Source of the DNA: Acholeplasma sp.
Lineage (GTDB): Bacteria > Bacillota_I > Bacilli_A > Acholeplasmatales > UBA5453
Assembly: GCA_036677365.1 (NCBI GenBank)
Contig: JAVBWN010000003.1
Span: forward strand, 20,678 to 84,677
Direction: 5' to 3'
DNA: 64,000 nucleotides
In this document: in pieces, positions 19,193-29,289 of the stretch
Numbering within the stretch: the stretch's first letter is position 1
How the letters are laid out: each line of letters begins with the position of its first letter
Translations under genes and position numbers: made by a program
Notes under the pieces: model-generated
The model's input: only the letters and a program-made list of their open reading frames with translations
The model's database searches: none
Told to the model about the DNA's origin: nothing

Positions 19193-19925
19193 ATTGATGA
19201 AACATGAGATTCTATCCTCCTATCGTAAGTTTTTACCGATTTATGCCGGTGTGATTTTGCTTACACTCATCACGTCATTCAGTTTTAATATTCAAAGCAT
19301 TTCTGCAGCAGCTACATTCACCAGTTTGTTATTCACATTGGTGGGGATTACCATGTTGTTTACATTCTATACCATCATCATCAACTTGGGCCAACGTGTC
19401 TTCGGTAAACCAGGGTATTTATTATTCACTACCCCGGCATCGACCATCGAAATCATGTTATCTAAAGTCTTAATCAATATGATGTGGCTCATTGTTTCGA
19501 TATTGGTCAGTATGTTCGCTGCTTCCCTATTCATTTTGTCAGCCTTTAGAGAAAACGTCTTTACGATCCTTGGACAACTGATCGATTTGGTCATTCAAAA
19601 CCCTTATGAATCCTATACCATCATTGTTGCAGGTTTTACGTATGCACTCTATATGATTGGGATGTTGTTCTTCTTATTCGCCTTACTCAATATGATTTAT
19701 AAAGGTGAGAAGAAGATTTTAATCGGGATTTTGTTGTATTTCGCGATTGGTCAAGTGGTCAATGTGATCACATCGATTTTCTTAGGTGCGTATATGTCCT
19801 TTGGTACAGCATTCATCGAAGACTTCAATTCGATTTGGGTATTCACGGGGACGTTCTTCGTACTCAGTGCTGCTTTCTATGTTTTAACTTATATCATCAT
19901 CGATCGTAAACTTGAAATACAATAA
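19182..19925 (+). CDS. ABC-2-type permease
   Basis: Six TM segments. Overlaps the ATPase gene, with an AGGAGG RBS. Confidence 0.8.
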   Translation: MLAKLMKHEILSSYRKFLPIYAGVILLTLITSFSFNIQSISAAATFTSLLFTLVGITMLFTFYTIIINLGQRVFGKPGYLLFTTPASTIEIMLSKVLINMMWLIVSILVSMFAASLFILSAFRENVFTILGQLIDLVIQNPYESYTIIVAGFTYALYMIGMLFFLFALLNMIYKGEKKILIGILLYFAIGQVVNVITSIFLGAYMSFGTAFIEDFNSIWVFTGTFFVLSAAFYVLTYIIIDRKLEIQ

Positions 19926-20048
19926 AAAAACAAAAGTGTATGCATTTTCGTTCTATCATGGTATACTGGGTTGTAACAAAAATATAAAAGCAATTTTTAT
20001 GGGGTGTTACCAAACACCTCATATTTTTTTTGAAGAAAGTGAAACGAC

Positions 20049-21452
20049 ATGACATTTAGAGATTTAAACATTATTGACCCCATTTTAAAATCGATCGCAA
20101 TCGCAGGGTATAAGGAACCTACACCCATACAAACAGACGCGATTCCTGTGCTTTTAAGCAAAAAAGACATTTTAGGTAGTGCGCAAACAGGCACCGGTAA
20201 AACCGCTGCGTTCGCGATACCCATCCTACAAAACCTATATATCGAAAAACCCGATTCGAACCACAAACACATCCGTGCGTTGATTTTGACACCAACCCGA
20301 GAACTCGCAAGTCAAATCTATGAGAATTTCACTTTATACGCGAAATTTGTCAATCAAAGAAGCGCTGTGATTTATGGTGGGGTTTCTCAAAAGAAACAAG
20401 AAGAAGCGTTAGCCAAGGGTGTCGATGTTTTGATCGCAACCCCAGGAAGATTGCTGGATTTGATGTATCAAGGGTTCATATCCTTACAACACGTTTCTTA
20501 CTTGGTACTCGATGAAGCCGACCGTATGCTCGATATGGGATTCATTAAAGACGTCAACAAAATCATCGAATTCGTGCCTAAAGCACGTCAAACGATGTTG
20601 TTTTCAGCAACGATGCCAAAAGAAATTGAAACCTTATCCAAAACCATCTTAAATGACCCTGTGCGTGTATCGATTGTCCCAGTCAATCAAACGATTGACG
20701 TCATTGAACAATCGATTTATCATGTCAATAAAGGCAATAAAACCAAACTATTGGTAGATTTAATCACCTCGTATCAAATGAAATCGGTCTTGGTTTTCAT
20801 GAGAACCAAACACACGGCCAATAAGCTCGTGACAGAACTCTTAAAAGCCAATGTGTCGGCTGAACCGATCCATGGTAACAAGTCTCAAAGTGCCCGTGAA
20901 CGTGCACTACTCAACTTTAAAAAAGGCAAAACCCAAGTTTTGGTCGCAACCGACATCGCTGCTAGAGGGATTGACATCGAAGCGCTCAGTTTCGTGGTCA
21001 ATTATGATTTGCCTGAAACCCCTGAAACCTACATCCACCGCATTGGTCGTACCGGACGTGCTGGGTTAGATGGTAAAGCCATTTCTTTATGTGATCCTAA
21101 AGAACTCAGCCTCTTAAAAGACATTGAGAAACACATCAAGATGACGATTCCAGAAATCGCGCATGGCTACCCTGTGACTAAAGAGTCTACCAATAAGCCA
21201 GCTCAACCAAAAACCAGTAGTCAACCGAAAACAAAAGCATTCAACCCACTCAAACCAAATTACGATACCAAACCAAAAACGAAGACAAAAAAAGAACAAC
21301 CTGAACAAAAACCGGAGAAGAAGGATATGAACGGATTAAAAAACTTAGCCCCTAAAAGCAAGTTTGGACCGACCAAGCCAGTGAATAACTACTTAAAAGT
21401 CCAACAACCTAAACGCAATCAAAACAACAAAAACAGAAGAGCAGTTAAATAA
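20049..21452 (+). CDS. DEAD-box RNA helicase (RhlE-like)
   Basis: GTGKT, PTRELA, DEAD, SAT, HRIGRTGR and a basic C-terminal tail. Confidence 0.95.
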   Translation: MTFRDLNIIDPILKSIAIAGYKEPTPIQTDAIPVLLSKKDILGSAQTGTGKTAAFAIPILQNLYIEKPDSNHKHIRALILTPTRELASQIYENFTLYAKFVNQRSAVIYGGVSQKKQEEALAKGVDVLIATPGRLLDLMYQGFISLQHVSYLVLDEADRMLDMGFIKDVNKIIEFVPKARQTMLFSATMPKEIETLSKTILNDPVRVSIVPVNQTIDVIEQSIYHVNKGNKTKLLVDLITSYQMKSVLVFMRTKHTANKLVTELLKANVSAEPIHGNKSQSARERALLNFKKGKTQVLVATDIAARGIDIEALSFVVNYDLPETPETYIHRIGRTGRAGLDGKAISLCDPKELSLLKDIEKHIKMTIPEIAHGYPVTKESTNKPAQPKTSSQPKTKAFNPLKPNYDTKPKTKTKKEQPEQKPEKKDMNGLKNLAPKSKFGPTKPVNNYLKVQQPKRNQNNKNRRAVK

Positions 21453-21489
21453 TAAATCGGAGCCAACCAAAGGCTCCGATTTTATTATA
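21451..21489. terminator. terminator hairpin, copy 1 of a duplicated pair
   Basis: AAATCGGAGCC-aaccaaa-GGCTCCGATTT. Confidence 0.8.
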
Positions 21490-21583
21490 ATAATGAATGT
21501 GAGATTGACCATCTCTCTTAATAAGTGTATAATTTTTGTATAATTGATTAACTATTATAAATATTAGATAAAACAATGGATAA

Positions 21584-22789
21584 ATGAGGTTTGACATGAA
21601 CGATTACGATTTATCGAGCATTAGAAGACATATAAAATATACCTATGCCTTTTATCAACTACAACTCTTTTTAAGCGTTTGTTTGATCATCATTTATGGA
21701 TTACCTTTGTTTAACCCCTTCTTTTTGTTTTCACAAGCCATCGGTGTTTTTATCATCACAATCACCAAACTATTGAAGCCAAACACTTTAACAAAAAGTA
21801 AACTCGTCTTTTGGAGTATCATACTGCTAACATTATCATCGTTAGGCACACTATCCTATTTGGAATATGGGGTTATCACCATCTCTTCTGCAAAACAGTT
21901 AGAACGATTTTCATGGAATCCTAGAGGTCATTTTCGATTAACTGAAGACATCGATGTCGAATCCATGAAACCCTACTCAGATGACTGTTTAATCAACGTG
22001 TTTTACGGTTCTTTGGATGGTGATAACCACCAGATAAACCAACTATCCATGCCATTGTTTTGTTTGATTAACGATGGTGTCATTAAAAACGTATACTTAA
22101 ACGATGTGAATATCAACCTGTCAATAGCACAAAGTATTGGGAGTATAACCAATGTCAATAGCGGTGTGATTGAGAACGTTCATGTGAAGGGAACTATTCA
22201 TAATACTGGTGGTATCGGTGGATTGACCGGTACAAGCAGTGGTATTATTCTTAGAAGTTCTTTTAGGGGAACCATCCATGCCCCAAATTCGAACATAGTT
22301 GGCGGTATCACCGGAACCAATACAGGATTGATTGAAGAGACGTTTACCCAGGGTAGTATTACCGCGAAACATGTCGTTGGTGGCATTGTTGGTAACACAC
22401 ATGGAGGTATCATTCGAAACTCATATAGTTCTATCGATGTTACCGGAGAAACATATGTGGGGGGCATTGCCGGTCAATCATCTGAAACTGAACTGAGTGG
22501 TTTGGTTGTTCATGGGGACATCACCGGTGCATCATCTGTGGCAGTGATTACCCCAACATACCACACGTATGATCATAAAATATTATTCACAGGTCATATC
22601 TATTGTGATACTTACGTGATTGAACCATCTGTGTTATATTATGAGCAACAAACATTCTTAGTCCCACCATGGAATCAAATCGATGTATCTCAAATGGATT
22701 CTGATTTTTGGACTCAAACGTTAGGACTGGATTTAAGCATCTATCGAATGGATCATATATACCCAAAACTCATCCAAAATGATGAGTAA
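21584..22789 (+). CDS. membrane protein with a GLUG-like beta-helix repeat domain
   Basis: Three N-terminal TMs, then repeated VGGI(T/V/A)G motifs. Confidence 0.75.
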   Translation: MRFDMNDYDLSSIRRHIKYTYAFYQLQLFLSVCLIIIYGLPLFNPFFLFSQAIGVFIITITKLLKPNTLTKSKLVFWSIILLTLSSLGTLSYLEYGVITISSAKQLERFSWNPRGHFRLTEDIDVESMKPYSDDCLINVFYGSLDGDNHQINQLSMPLFCLINDGVIKNVYLNDVNINLSIAQSIGSITNVNSGVIENVHVKGTIHNTGGIGGLTGTSSGIILRSSFRGTIHAPNSNIVGGITGTNTGLIEETFTQGSITAKHVVGGIVGNTHGGIIRNSYSSIDVTGETYVGGIAGQSSETELSGLVVHGDITGASSVAVITPTYHTYDHKILFTGHIYCDTYVIEPSVLYYEQQTFLVPPWNQIDVSQMDSDFWTQTLGLDLSIYRMDHIYPKLIQNDE

Positions 22790-22830
22790 AATAGAAATCG
22801 GAGCCAAACAACGGCTCCGATTTTCATTAT
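22790..22830. terminator. bidirectional terminator hairpin, copy 2 of the duplicated pair
   Basis: AAATCGGAGCC-aaacaac-GGCTCCGATTT between convergent genes. Confidence 0.8.
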
Positions 22831-23237
22831 TCAAGTTCCAAATATTTCTTGGTTTCAATTTTCTTGGATTCTTTCGGGATTTGAATTTTCAAGACCCCTT
22901 TATCAAAGGACCCTTTGATTTCATCCATGTGGACATCCCCCACATAGAAACTGCGTCTCATGACGCCATAGTAGCGTTCACGACGGATAAATTTGCCTTT
23001 AGGGTCATCTGAATTGGTTTCATGCTTTCTTTCCGCTTCTACCAATAGATACCCTTCATCTAGGCTCACTTTTACATCCTGCTTGTCAAAGCCAGGCATT
23101 TCGATGGCCAATTCATAGCCATGGTCATTTTCTTTGATATCTGTTCTCATGGAGACATCATTACCAAATGGTGCGACTCTAAATTCATCGAACAAGCTAT
23201 CAAAGAAGTCTCGGTCTTTTTTGAGTAAACTCAACAT
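22827..23237 (-). CDS. small heat-shock protein (Hsp20/alpha-crystallin)
   Basis: MRTDIKE, EMPGFDKQDV, RERYYG...RSF, GVLKIQIPK. Start at MLSLL after AAGGAG. Confidence 0.93.
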   Translation of the reverse strand: MLSLLKKDRDFFDSLFDEFRVAPFGNDVSMRTDIKENDHGYELAIEMPGFDKQDVKVSLDEGYLLVEAERKHETNSDDPKGKFIRRERYYGVMRRSFYVGDVHMDEIKGSFDKGVLKIQIPKESKKIETKKYLELE

Positions 23238-23292
23238 AAAACATCGCTCCTTTTCTCTATTGTTCTTGAACTTATCCCCTAAGTTCACTTAT

Positions 23293-23335
23293 ATTATAAT
23301 ACAACAATTTGGCACTGTCAAGTATAGAGTGCCAA
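23293..23335 (-). promoter_or_regulatory. sigma-A promoter overlapped by a CIRCE (HrcA) operator
   Basis: Minus strand TTGACA-17 nt-TATAAT (23321-23293). TTGGCACTC-N9-CAGTGCCAA at 23309-23335 resembles CIRCE TTAGCACTC-N9-GAGTGCTAA. Confidence 0.88.
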
Positions 23336-23367
23336 AAAAATGATAAAAAAAAGAGACATGAAGTCTC

Positions 23368-24060
23368 TTAATTGTTCAAAACGTCCATATTGATTCGACC
23401 ATCTTTGATTTCAATGATACGATCGGCTTTTTCAGCTATCTTTCTATCATGCGTAATGATGATGAATGTAGTTTTGTATTTGGCATTGATTTCTCTTAAT
23501 AGCGTATACACTTGTTCTGTAGAATCGCTATCTAAGTTACCTGTGGGTTCATCAGCTAAAATGATCTTTGGATTATTGATCAAACTTCTCGCAATCGCGA
23601 CCCTTTGTTGTTGACCCCCAGACATATTTTTAGCGAGATTGTTTTTAACTTTCTTTAACCCAACAAAGTCTAATAGTTCATTGGCACGGTCTAAAATCTC
23701 TGGTGTTATCTTTTGTTTCGAGATTTTATAAGGCATCAAGACGTTCTCTAACGCAGTAAACTCTGGTAACAAATAGTGGAATTGGAAGATGAATCCAATG
23801 TTTTGATTTCTCAAGAAGGAAATCTCATTGGCTTTCATCGATTTGGTATTTTGACCATTGATGAAGATTTCACCATCGGTTGGGTTATCAAGTGTTCCTA
23901 GGATATTCATCAATGTGGATTTACCGGAACCACTTTGACCAATGATGGCGTTGAATGAACCCGATTCAAATTGTAAATCGACACCAAACAAGACTTGTGT
24001 TTTGATTTTTTCACCATACACTTTGGTGATGCCTTTGAGTTCCATGACGGGATTAAGCAT
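23368..24060 (-). CDS. ABC ATP-binding protein (LolD/MacB-like)
   Basis: GQSGSGKST, MSGGQQQRVAIAR, DEPTGNLD. Confidence 0.92.
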   Translation of the reverse strand: MLNPVMELKGITKVYGEKIKTQVLFGVDLQFESGSFNAIIGQSGSGKSTLMNILGTLDNPTDGEIFINGQNTKSMKANEISFLRNQNIGFIFQFHYLLPEFTALENVLMPYKISKQKITPEILDRANELLDFVGLKKVKNNLAKNMSGGQQQRVAIARSLINNPKIILADEPTGNLDSDSTEQVYTLLREINAKYKTTFIIITHDRKIAEKADRIIEIKDGRINMDVLNN

Positions 24061-25216
24061 TGCGGATCACCTCAATGACGGATAATTTAGAAGATTTACG
24101 TGCGGGTACCAAAGCCGCCAATGTAGATACACCCACCGCGATTAAAGCGGATAGAGCGATGAAGCTGTATTCGATATTGAGCGGAATCACTGGGTCACCG
24201 GTGGTGGCGTCAATCGCGAAGGTTTGGAAGGATACCAATAAACCAATACCAAGCAGTACCCCAGTCAATGCTCCAAAGATACCTAAGATCAAGCCTTGAA
24301 ATAAGAAGATTAAGGAAGCGTCACTGTTTTTAATCCCCATCGCTTTTAAAATACCAATTTGTTTGGATTTTTGTAAAACGATGATGGCTAAGATTGAAGC
24401 GATCCCTAACACAACAGAAATCAAGACGAATACTTGAATCATTAAAGAGGAAATACTTTGACCTTGTAAACCAGAGAGTAAGGATGCGTTATTTTCTATC
24501 CAGTTTACAGTCACATAATCAGACCCGATTTGTTCTGAAACCTTAATTGAGATGGCATCGGCTTCAAAATAAGCCGATGCTTTCACTTGAGATTCAATCG
24601 AAGACACGACATCCCCCACTTGGAAGAGTGTTTGGGTGGTATTTAAAGTGGATACGGCCCACAACTCATTGATGGCTTTCACTTCAAAATTGAAGAAACC
24701 AACCACAGTTAACGTGGTATTGCCTTTGAGTGGGACTTGAATCGAAAGGGTATCCCCCACGTTTAAATTGAATTCGGATTTAAAGAAGATCCCTAAGATG
24801 ACTTCGTTGTTAGCGTTTGGTAGTCTACCTTCAGTGAGTTTATCACTAAATTTATATATCCCATCGGCTTGACTGAGTTCAAACCCACGAACCAAGACGG
24901 GTAAGGTATCACTGTTTTTTTCTAACGTACCAGCGACATTGAAGTTTCCTGCAGCGACACGAATACGTGAATCGCTTGCGAGAATGTCTTCGATCAAAGC
25001 GTCATAATTGTCTATGTAATCTTCATCGGTACGGGTAATGGTGATTTGAGAACTGTTACCAATGGTGGTATCTACCAAGCTTTTTTGAAGCCCTGAAATC
25101 AACGCCCCAATGAATACTTGAACCGATACACCCACACCAATCCCTAAGATGATGAATAAGGTTTGAAGTTTACCTGATTTTAAAAACCGAGATGCGATTT
25201 GGAAGGCGAGTTTCAT
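24053..25216 (-). CDS. FtsX/LolE-like ABC permease
   Basis: One TM, a large extracellular domain and 3 TMs. Motif IGILKAMG. Confidence 0.88.
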   Translation of the reverse strand: MKLAFQIASRFLKSGKLQTLFIILGIGVGVSVQVFIGALISGLQKSLVDTTIGNSSQITITRTDEDYIDNYDALIEDILASDSRIRVAAGNFNVAGTLEKNSDTLPVLVRGFELSQADGIYKFSDKLTEGRLPNANNEVILGIFFKSEFNLNVGDTLSIQVPLKGNTTLTVVGFFNFEVKAINELWAVSTLNTTQTLFQVGDVVSSIESQVKASAYFEADAISIKVSEQIGSDYVTVNWIENNASLLSGLQGQSISSLMIQVFVLISVVLGIASILAIIVLQKSKQIGILKAMGIKNSDASLIFLFQGLILGIFGALTGVLLGIGLLVSFQTFAIDATTGDPVIPLNIEYSFIALSALIAVGVSTLAALVPARKSSKLSVIEVIRNA

Positions 25217-25854
25217 TAATGTTTACCCCCCAATTTGAATATATCCTCTTTATGAGTGAGGTGATAATCATACACCAAATGGTCTAAAGCACCGGGTTTA
25301 TTGAAGGCATTACCACCCACAATGATTTTTACATTGGGGAATAAACCTTTGACTTGTTCGGTGATTTGTTTGGTCACAACAAGATTATAATAATTGGTTA
25401 CCGACAAAGCCAAATAATCGGGTTTCAACGCTTTTACAGCCGATAAAATGTCGTTTTTAGGGGTATTGGCACCGATGTACTGAGCGTCAAATCCAGCCAG
25501 TGAGAAGTAATTGGTGACGATGATGGCACCCACTTCATGGAATTCCTCACTTGGACAAACGACCATCACTTTTTGGTTGTTCTTTGGTACTGATTTCTTG
25601 ATTTCGATCAAATAAGGGTAGGTGGATTCGAGGATGGTACGAACAATCGATGTTCTCACGTGTTCTTTCCATATACAAATTTCTTCATCTTCAGAGCTAC
25701 ATACAAATTCATTCAATACAGGTCTTAAGAAGAAGTCATACAAATCATACAATTCAATTTTCTTGTCTTTCAATAAGTTCAGTACATAAGTCATCGCCTC
25801 GTCTTTATTTTCTTCATTGACGAGTTTTAGAAACGGTTCATAATAAGGATGCAT
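25216..25854 (-). CDS. stand-alone cobalamin-binding-domain protein
   Basis: Cap with KEH, then EEFHEVG (His ligand motif), IGANTP and IIVGG. Confidence 0.8.
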   Translation of the reverse strand: MHPYYEPFLKLVNEENKDEAMTYVLNLLKDKKIELYDLYDFFLRPVLNEFVCSSEDEEICIWKEHVRTSIVRTILESTYPYLIEIKKSVPKNNQKVMVVCPSEEFHEVGAIIVTNYFSLAGFDAQYIGANTPKNDILSAVKALKPDYLALSVTNYYNLVVTKQITEQVKGLFPNVKIIVGGNAFNKPGALDHLVYDYHLTHKEDIFKLGGKH

Positions 25855-26011
25855 ATTTTCCTCCTGTAGGTTTACTTAACTATAGTATAACAACTTTATC
25901 ACTTTCTTGTTATAGTCTACCAACAATTATTTCTAATTTCAACTAAAAAGCATTGTATACAATTTAATTTTACACAATTGAATTGATGAGAAAAAAAAGA
26001 GGTTTTACCCT

Positions 26012-26968
26012 CTAGTTTTTCGATGCGAGAATGGCTGTGATTGGTACCAATAAGAAAGCGATCCAAGAGATATAGAACAAGTCGAAGAAGTAACCCAAGG
26101 AATAGAATATGATGACTGAGAAGAAAGGCATGAGGGCGATGATGTTCGCTTTTCCAAAGATCGAAATTGCCATCATTGGGATGAATAAGACAAATTGCCA
26201 ACTCCAAGCCCACGCGTTATAAAAATATCCAATCAATAGGAATAACGCAATCATACTGATACTAAAACCCAAGAATAAGATGGTTTTACGTCTTTCTTGA
26301 CCCTTGAGATTGCCAAAATTGATGGCGATATCGCCTCTTAAAATACTATAAATAATCGCAGGTGCGAATGATAGCCAAGAGACGTTGAATCCATACATTT
26401 GGCCGAAAACAACATACCCTGCAATACCTAAAACGATGAGCATGAAGAATACCCACGCATCGAGTTTTTTACCATGGGTGAAGTAACCCAAAACCGGTAT
26501 CGATAAGAATGGCAACCAAGCATATTCCCAAAACCCAGTTAAGAACCCAATCAACATCATCGCGATGACGGATATAAACGGTGCGAGTGCGACGATACGG
26601 TCGCGTCTTGGTGAGTTGAATATAATGCCCAACATCGGAATCATCAAGAAGAAGAGCCATCCGTATTGCCAACCATCGAAATAGAACCCACTGATGAAGA
26701 AGCAGATGGTTGCGACAAATGGCGATACAGCGACGATTTTATTGCCTTGTGTACGTCTGACTTGTTTTTGTGTTAGAGTGTCTTTTAATGCTTCGACCAC
26801 TTCGTGTGGGTCTCCCAACATCGCTTCAACAGCCGCTTCCGATTTACCTGAGGATAAAGCGTCATCATACATTTCTTCATAATCTTTGAGAATGTCTTTA
26901 ATATCTGCGTAATTGTTGGTGTATTTGTTTAATGCCTCTTTGAGTGATCCTAAATAATCTGCTTTCAT
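26012..26968 (-). CDS. DUF1700/HAAS-like domain membrane protein
   Basis: DILKDYEEMYDDALSSGKSEAAVEAMLGDP followed by many TMs. Downstream of padR. Confidence 0.8.
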   Translation of the reverse strand: MKADYLGSLKEALNKYTNNYADIKDILKDYEEMYDDALSSGKSEAAVEAMLGDPHEVVEALKDTLTQKQVRRTQGNKIVAVSPFVATICFFISGFYFDGWQYGWLFFLMIPMLGIIFNSPRRDRIVALAPFISVIAMMLIGFLTGFWEYAWLPFLSIPVLGYFTHGKKLDAWVFFMLIVLGIAGYVVFGQMYGFNVSWLSFAPAIIYSILRGDIAINFGNLKGQERRKTILFLGFSISMIALFLLIGYFYNAWAWSWQFVLFIPMMAISIFGKANIIALMPFFSVIIFYSLGYFFDLFYISWIAFLLVPITAILASKN

Positions 26969-27279
26969 TGTTTTTCCTCCATGATCTTCATGACCCCTGA
27001 TAAGAATGAACTCCATTCATCCTGATACAACTTCAATGCTTCTTTACCTGATTTGGTAGTAACGTAATATTTACGTGGCGCACCATAGACGGTTTCTTCC
27101 ATTTGAATGTCGAAATACCCTAAGGTGGTCAGTCGTCTTAAAATGGGATAAACGGTATTTTCGGACACATCGATGATTCTGGATAAGGTATCGATCACTT
27201 CATACCCATACATCTTTTTATCATCGATGAGTTTTAAAATACACATCTCGAGGATCCCTTTTTTGAATTGTGAATTCAT
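26965..27279 (-). CDS. PadR-family transcriptional regulator
   Basis: QFKKGILE, YGYE, TVYPILRRL, PRKYY. Confidence 0.92.
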   Translation of the reverse strand: MNSQFKKGILEMCILKLIDDKKMYGYEVIDTLSRIIDVSENTVYPILRRLTTLGYFDIQMEETVYGAPRKYYVTTKSGKEALKLYQDEWSSFLSGVMKIMEEKQ

Positions 27280-27289
27280 ACATGCCCCC

Positions 27290-27342
27290 TACTGTGTCTT
27301 GCACAATACCAGTATACAACAGTACTGTGCGAAACACAATAC
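27290..27342. promoter_or_regulatory. two palindromic operators upstream of the padR-family gene
   Basis: TACTGTG-N5-CACAATAC at 27290 and again at 27323 (33-bp spacing). Confidence 0.65.
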
Positions 27343-27423
27343 CCAATTTAATAAAAATAAAAGACGCAGATTCAGGGGGTCTGCGCCTTTGCTATATAAC
27401 CACACAAAACGGGGGGATGTGTG

Positions 27424-29130
27424 TTATAAGTTTGGTTGATCAATCATTCGAATGGCCGTGTTGATCCAAGTTAAGATGGACATCGATAACCCAACGGTAA
27501 TCCACATAAATCCACCAGCCGCGATGCCAGAAGGATAGTAACTGATGACTTGAATCATCATACTACTAAAATCAAAGGAAAGGATACACGTGAACAAAGC
27601 CAATGCTAGGAATAGTATTGAAAACAAAGTATCTATGCCTAAGTGAATCCATTTGTTTTTCAACAAGAAGTGTTTTACACCGAACAATAGTATCAATACA
27701 AACAAACCAATCGGTGGAATTAATATATAGTAGGTACCATGAACATTGAATGCAGGATTGACAATGCTAAAGCCTTTTACGACATCCCATAGATAGGCAT
27801 CGAAGCGGTGCTTAGTATATAAAATAGGTTGTGTCAAACTAAGTAGCAGGATGACTACCATGGAAATGATGAAAATTTCAAATGCCTTTTTTAAGTACTT
27901 TGGATTTCTAAATAGTAATTCAAAACCAAAGCCAATCAAAATGGCTGGGATGGTGATGAATCCAGGAAAAGCATGCATGCTTCTATGTGTATACGTGAAG
28001 AATAGTACGACAAACGCTAAAGTGATGATGACATTTCTTAAATAGCTGAAGAAGCGTTCATTGTATCTATGTTCTGTTCTTACCTCATAAATCATCATGA
28101 TGGTTGAGCATACCCATGTAATCAAAAAGAAAGCAAATGAATAATCAAAGTATTCCATGAAATGGCCTGGTTGGTCAAAAGGCACTGTACCATCATGTGA
28201 AAAACCTGTGATGATTAAACCGATGGATAATACAATGGAAATCAACAATCCAATTGCACCTTTTTTATCAACGATGGCTAAATAGACATTAGGTAACAAA
28301 ATGACAATTGGAATGAAGAAAATCAAACGATTCATCGTACCCCAAACAAAATCATAGATCAAGATACCGAAGAAAATAAATACAAATAGGAACATCCCAA
28401 TCATAATGGTTCGATAAATATTTTGATTATGAACGATGCTTTCGTGCTTGTAAGTTACAGATTTATACATTTTCAAGACAACCATCGATATGGGAATTGA
28501 TAACATCAAGGCCACTGCAGCTGACCATAAGAAACTTAAGAAATCGATATAATGATCATTCAGCACATATACCAGTCCATAGCCCATTTCTTCCACGATG
28601 TATTTCAAAATAAATTGTGGTAATAAAATCGCGATGGCAGAGATGAGTGTAACGATTTGAAGTTTAGATTGACGATAAATCGTAAACTTATCCAAATCAT
28701 TGAACACCGATGCTCGAATGAATTGGTATTTGCCATATTGGTAAATGATAAACCCAATGAACCACCCGATGGATAATGGAATCAAACTCACAAATTTGTC
28801 TTCCTTCAAATAAATCAGACCTATCCCAATCAACAATCCAAATAATATAAACGCGAGTGATACACGTGAGATCATTTCAAATAAAGATACAACTTTGACG
28901 GAAGTGGTTTCACAACCAATCGCTTGATCACCATTCAATAATTCATCGACAGACACGCCCAAAGTGTAAGCGAGTTTAGGTAGAATGGTGACTTCAGGGT
29001 ACCCCTCACCAGTCTCCCAACGTGAGATGGCTTTGTCGGTTACTTGCAATATTTCAGCCAATTCACTTTGAGTCATTTTCTTTTCTTTTCGTTTTTTCGC
29101 AATAAACTGCCCAGTTGTTTTTGTGTTCAT
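27424..29130 (-). CDS. XRE-family HTH fused to a polytopic membrane domain
   Basis: MTQSELAEILQVTDKAISRWETG followed by more than 10 TMs. Confidence 0.85.
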   Translation of the reverse strand: MNTKTTGQFIAKKRKEKKMTQSELAEILQVTDKAISRWETGEGYPEVTILPKLAYTLGVSVDELLNGDQAIGCETTSVKVVSLFEMISRVSLAFILFGLLIGIGLIYLKEDKFVSLIPLSIGWFIGFIIYQYGKYQFIRASVFNDLDKFTIYRQSKLQIVTLISAIAILLPQFILKYIVEEMGYGLVYVLNDHYIDFLSFLWSAAVALMLSIPISMVVLKMYKSVTYKHESIVHNQNIYRTIMIGMFLFVFIFFGILIYDFVWGTMNRLIFFIPIVILLPNVYLAIVDKKGAIGLLISIVLSIGLIITGFSHDGTVPFDQPGHFMEYFDYSFAFFLITWVCSTIMMIYEVRTEHRYNERFFSYLRNVIITLAFVVLFFTYTHRSMHAFPGFITIPAILIGFGFELLFRNPKYLKKAFEIFIISMVVILLLSLTQPILYTKHRFDAYLWDVVKGFSIVNPAFNVHGTYYILIPPIGLFVLILLFGVKHFLLKNKWIHLGIDTLFSILFLALALFTCILSFDFSSMMIQVISYYPSGIAAGGFMWITVGLSMSILTWINTAIRMIDQPNL

Positions 29131-29289
29131 GGACTCACCTCACTCATAGGATACAATTTCCTTATAAAAACCACTACCCACGCAAACTAGAATCGCTCTA
29201 TGAATCGTGGACAACCCCATTTTACCTTAAATCAGAAAAAAATAAAACCACTAAAAAATAGTGGTTTTTCGCTTATTTAAGCCTTTTTA

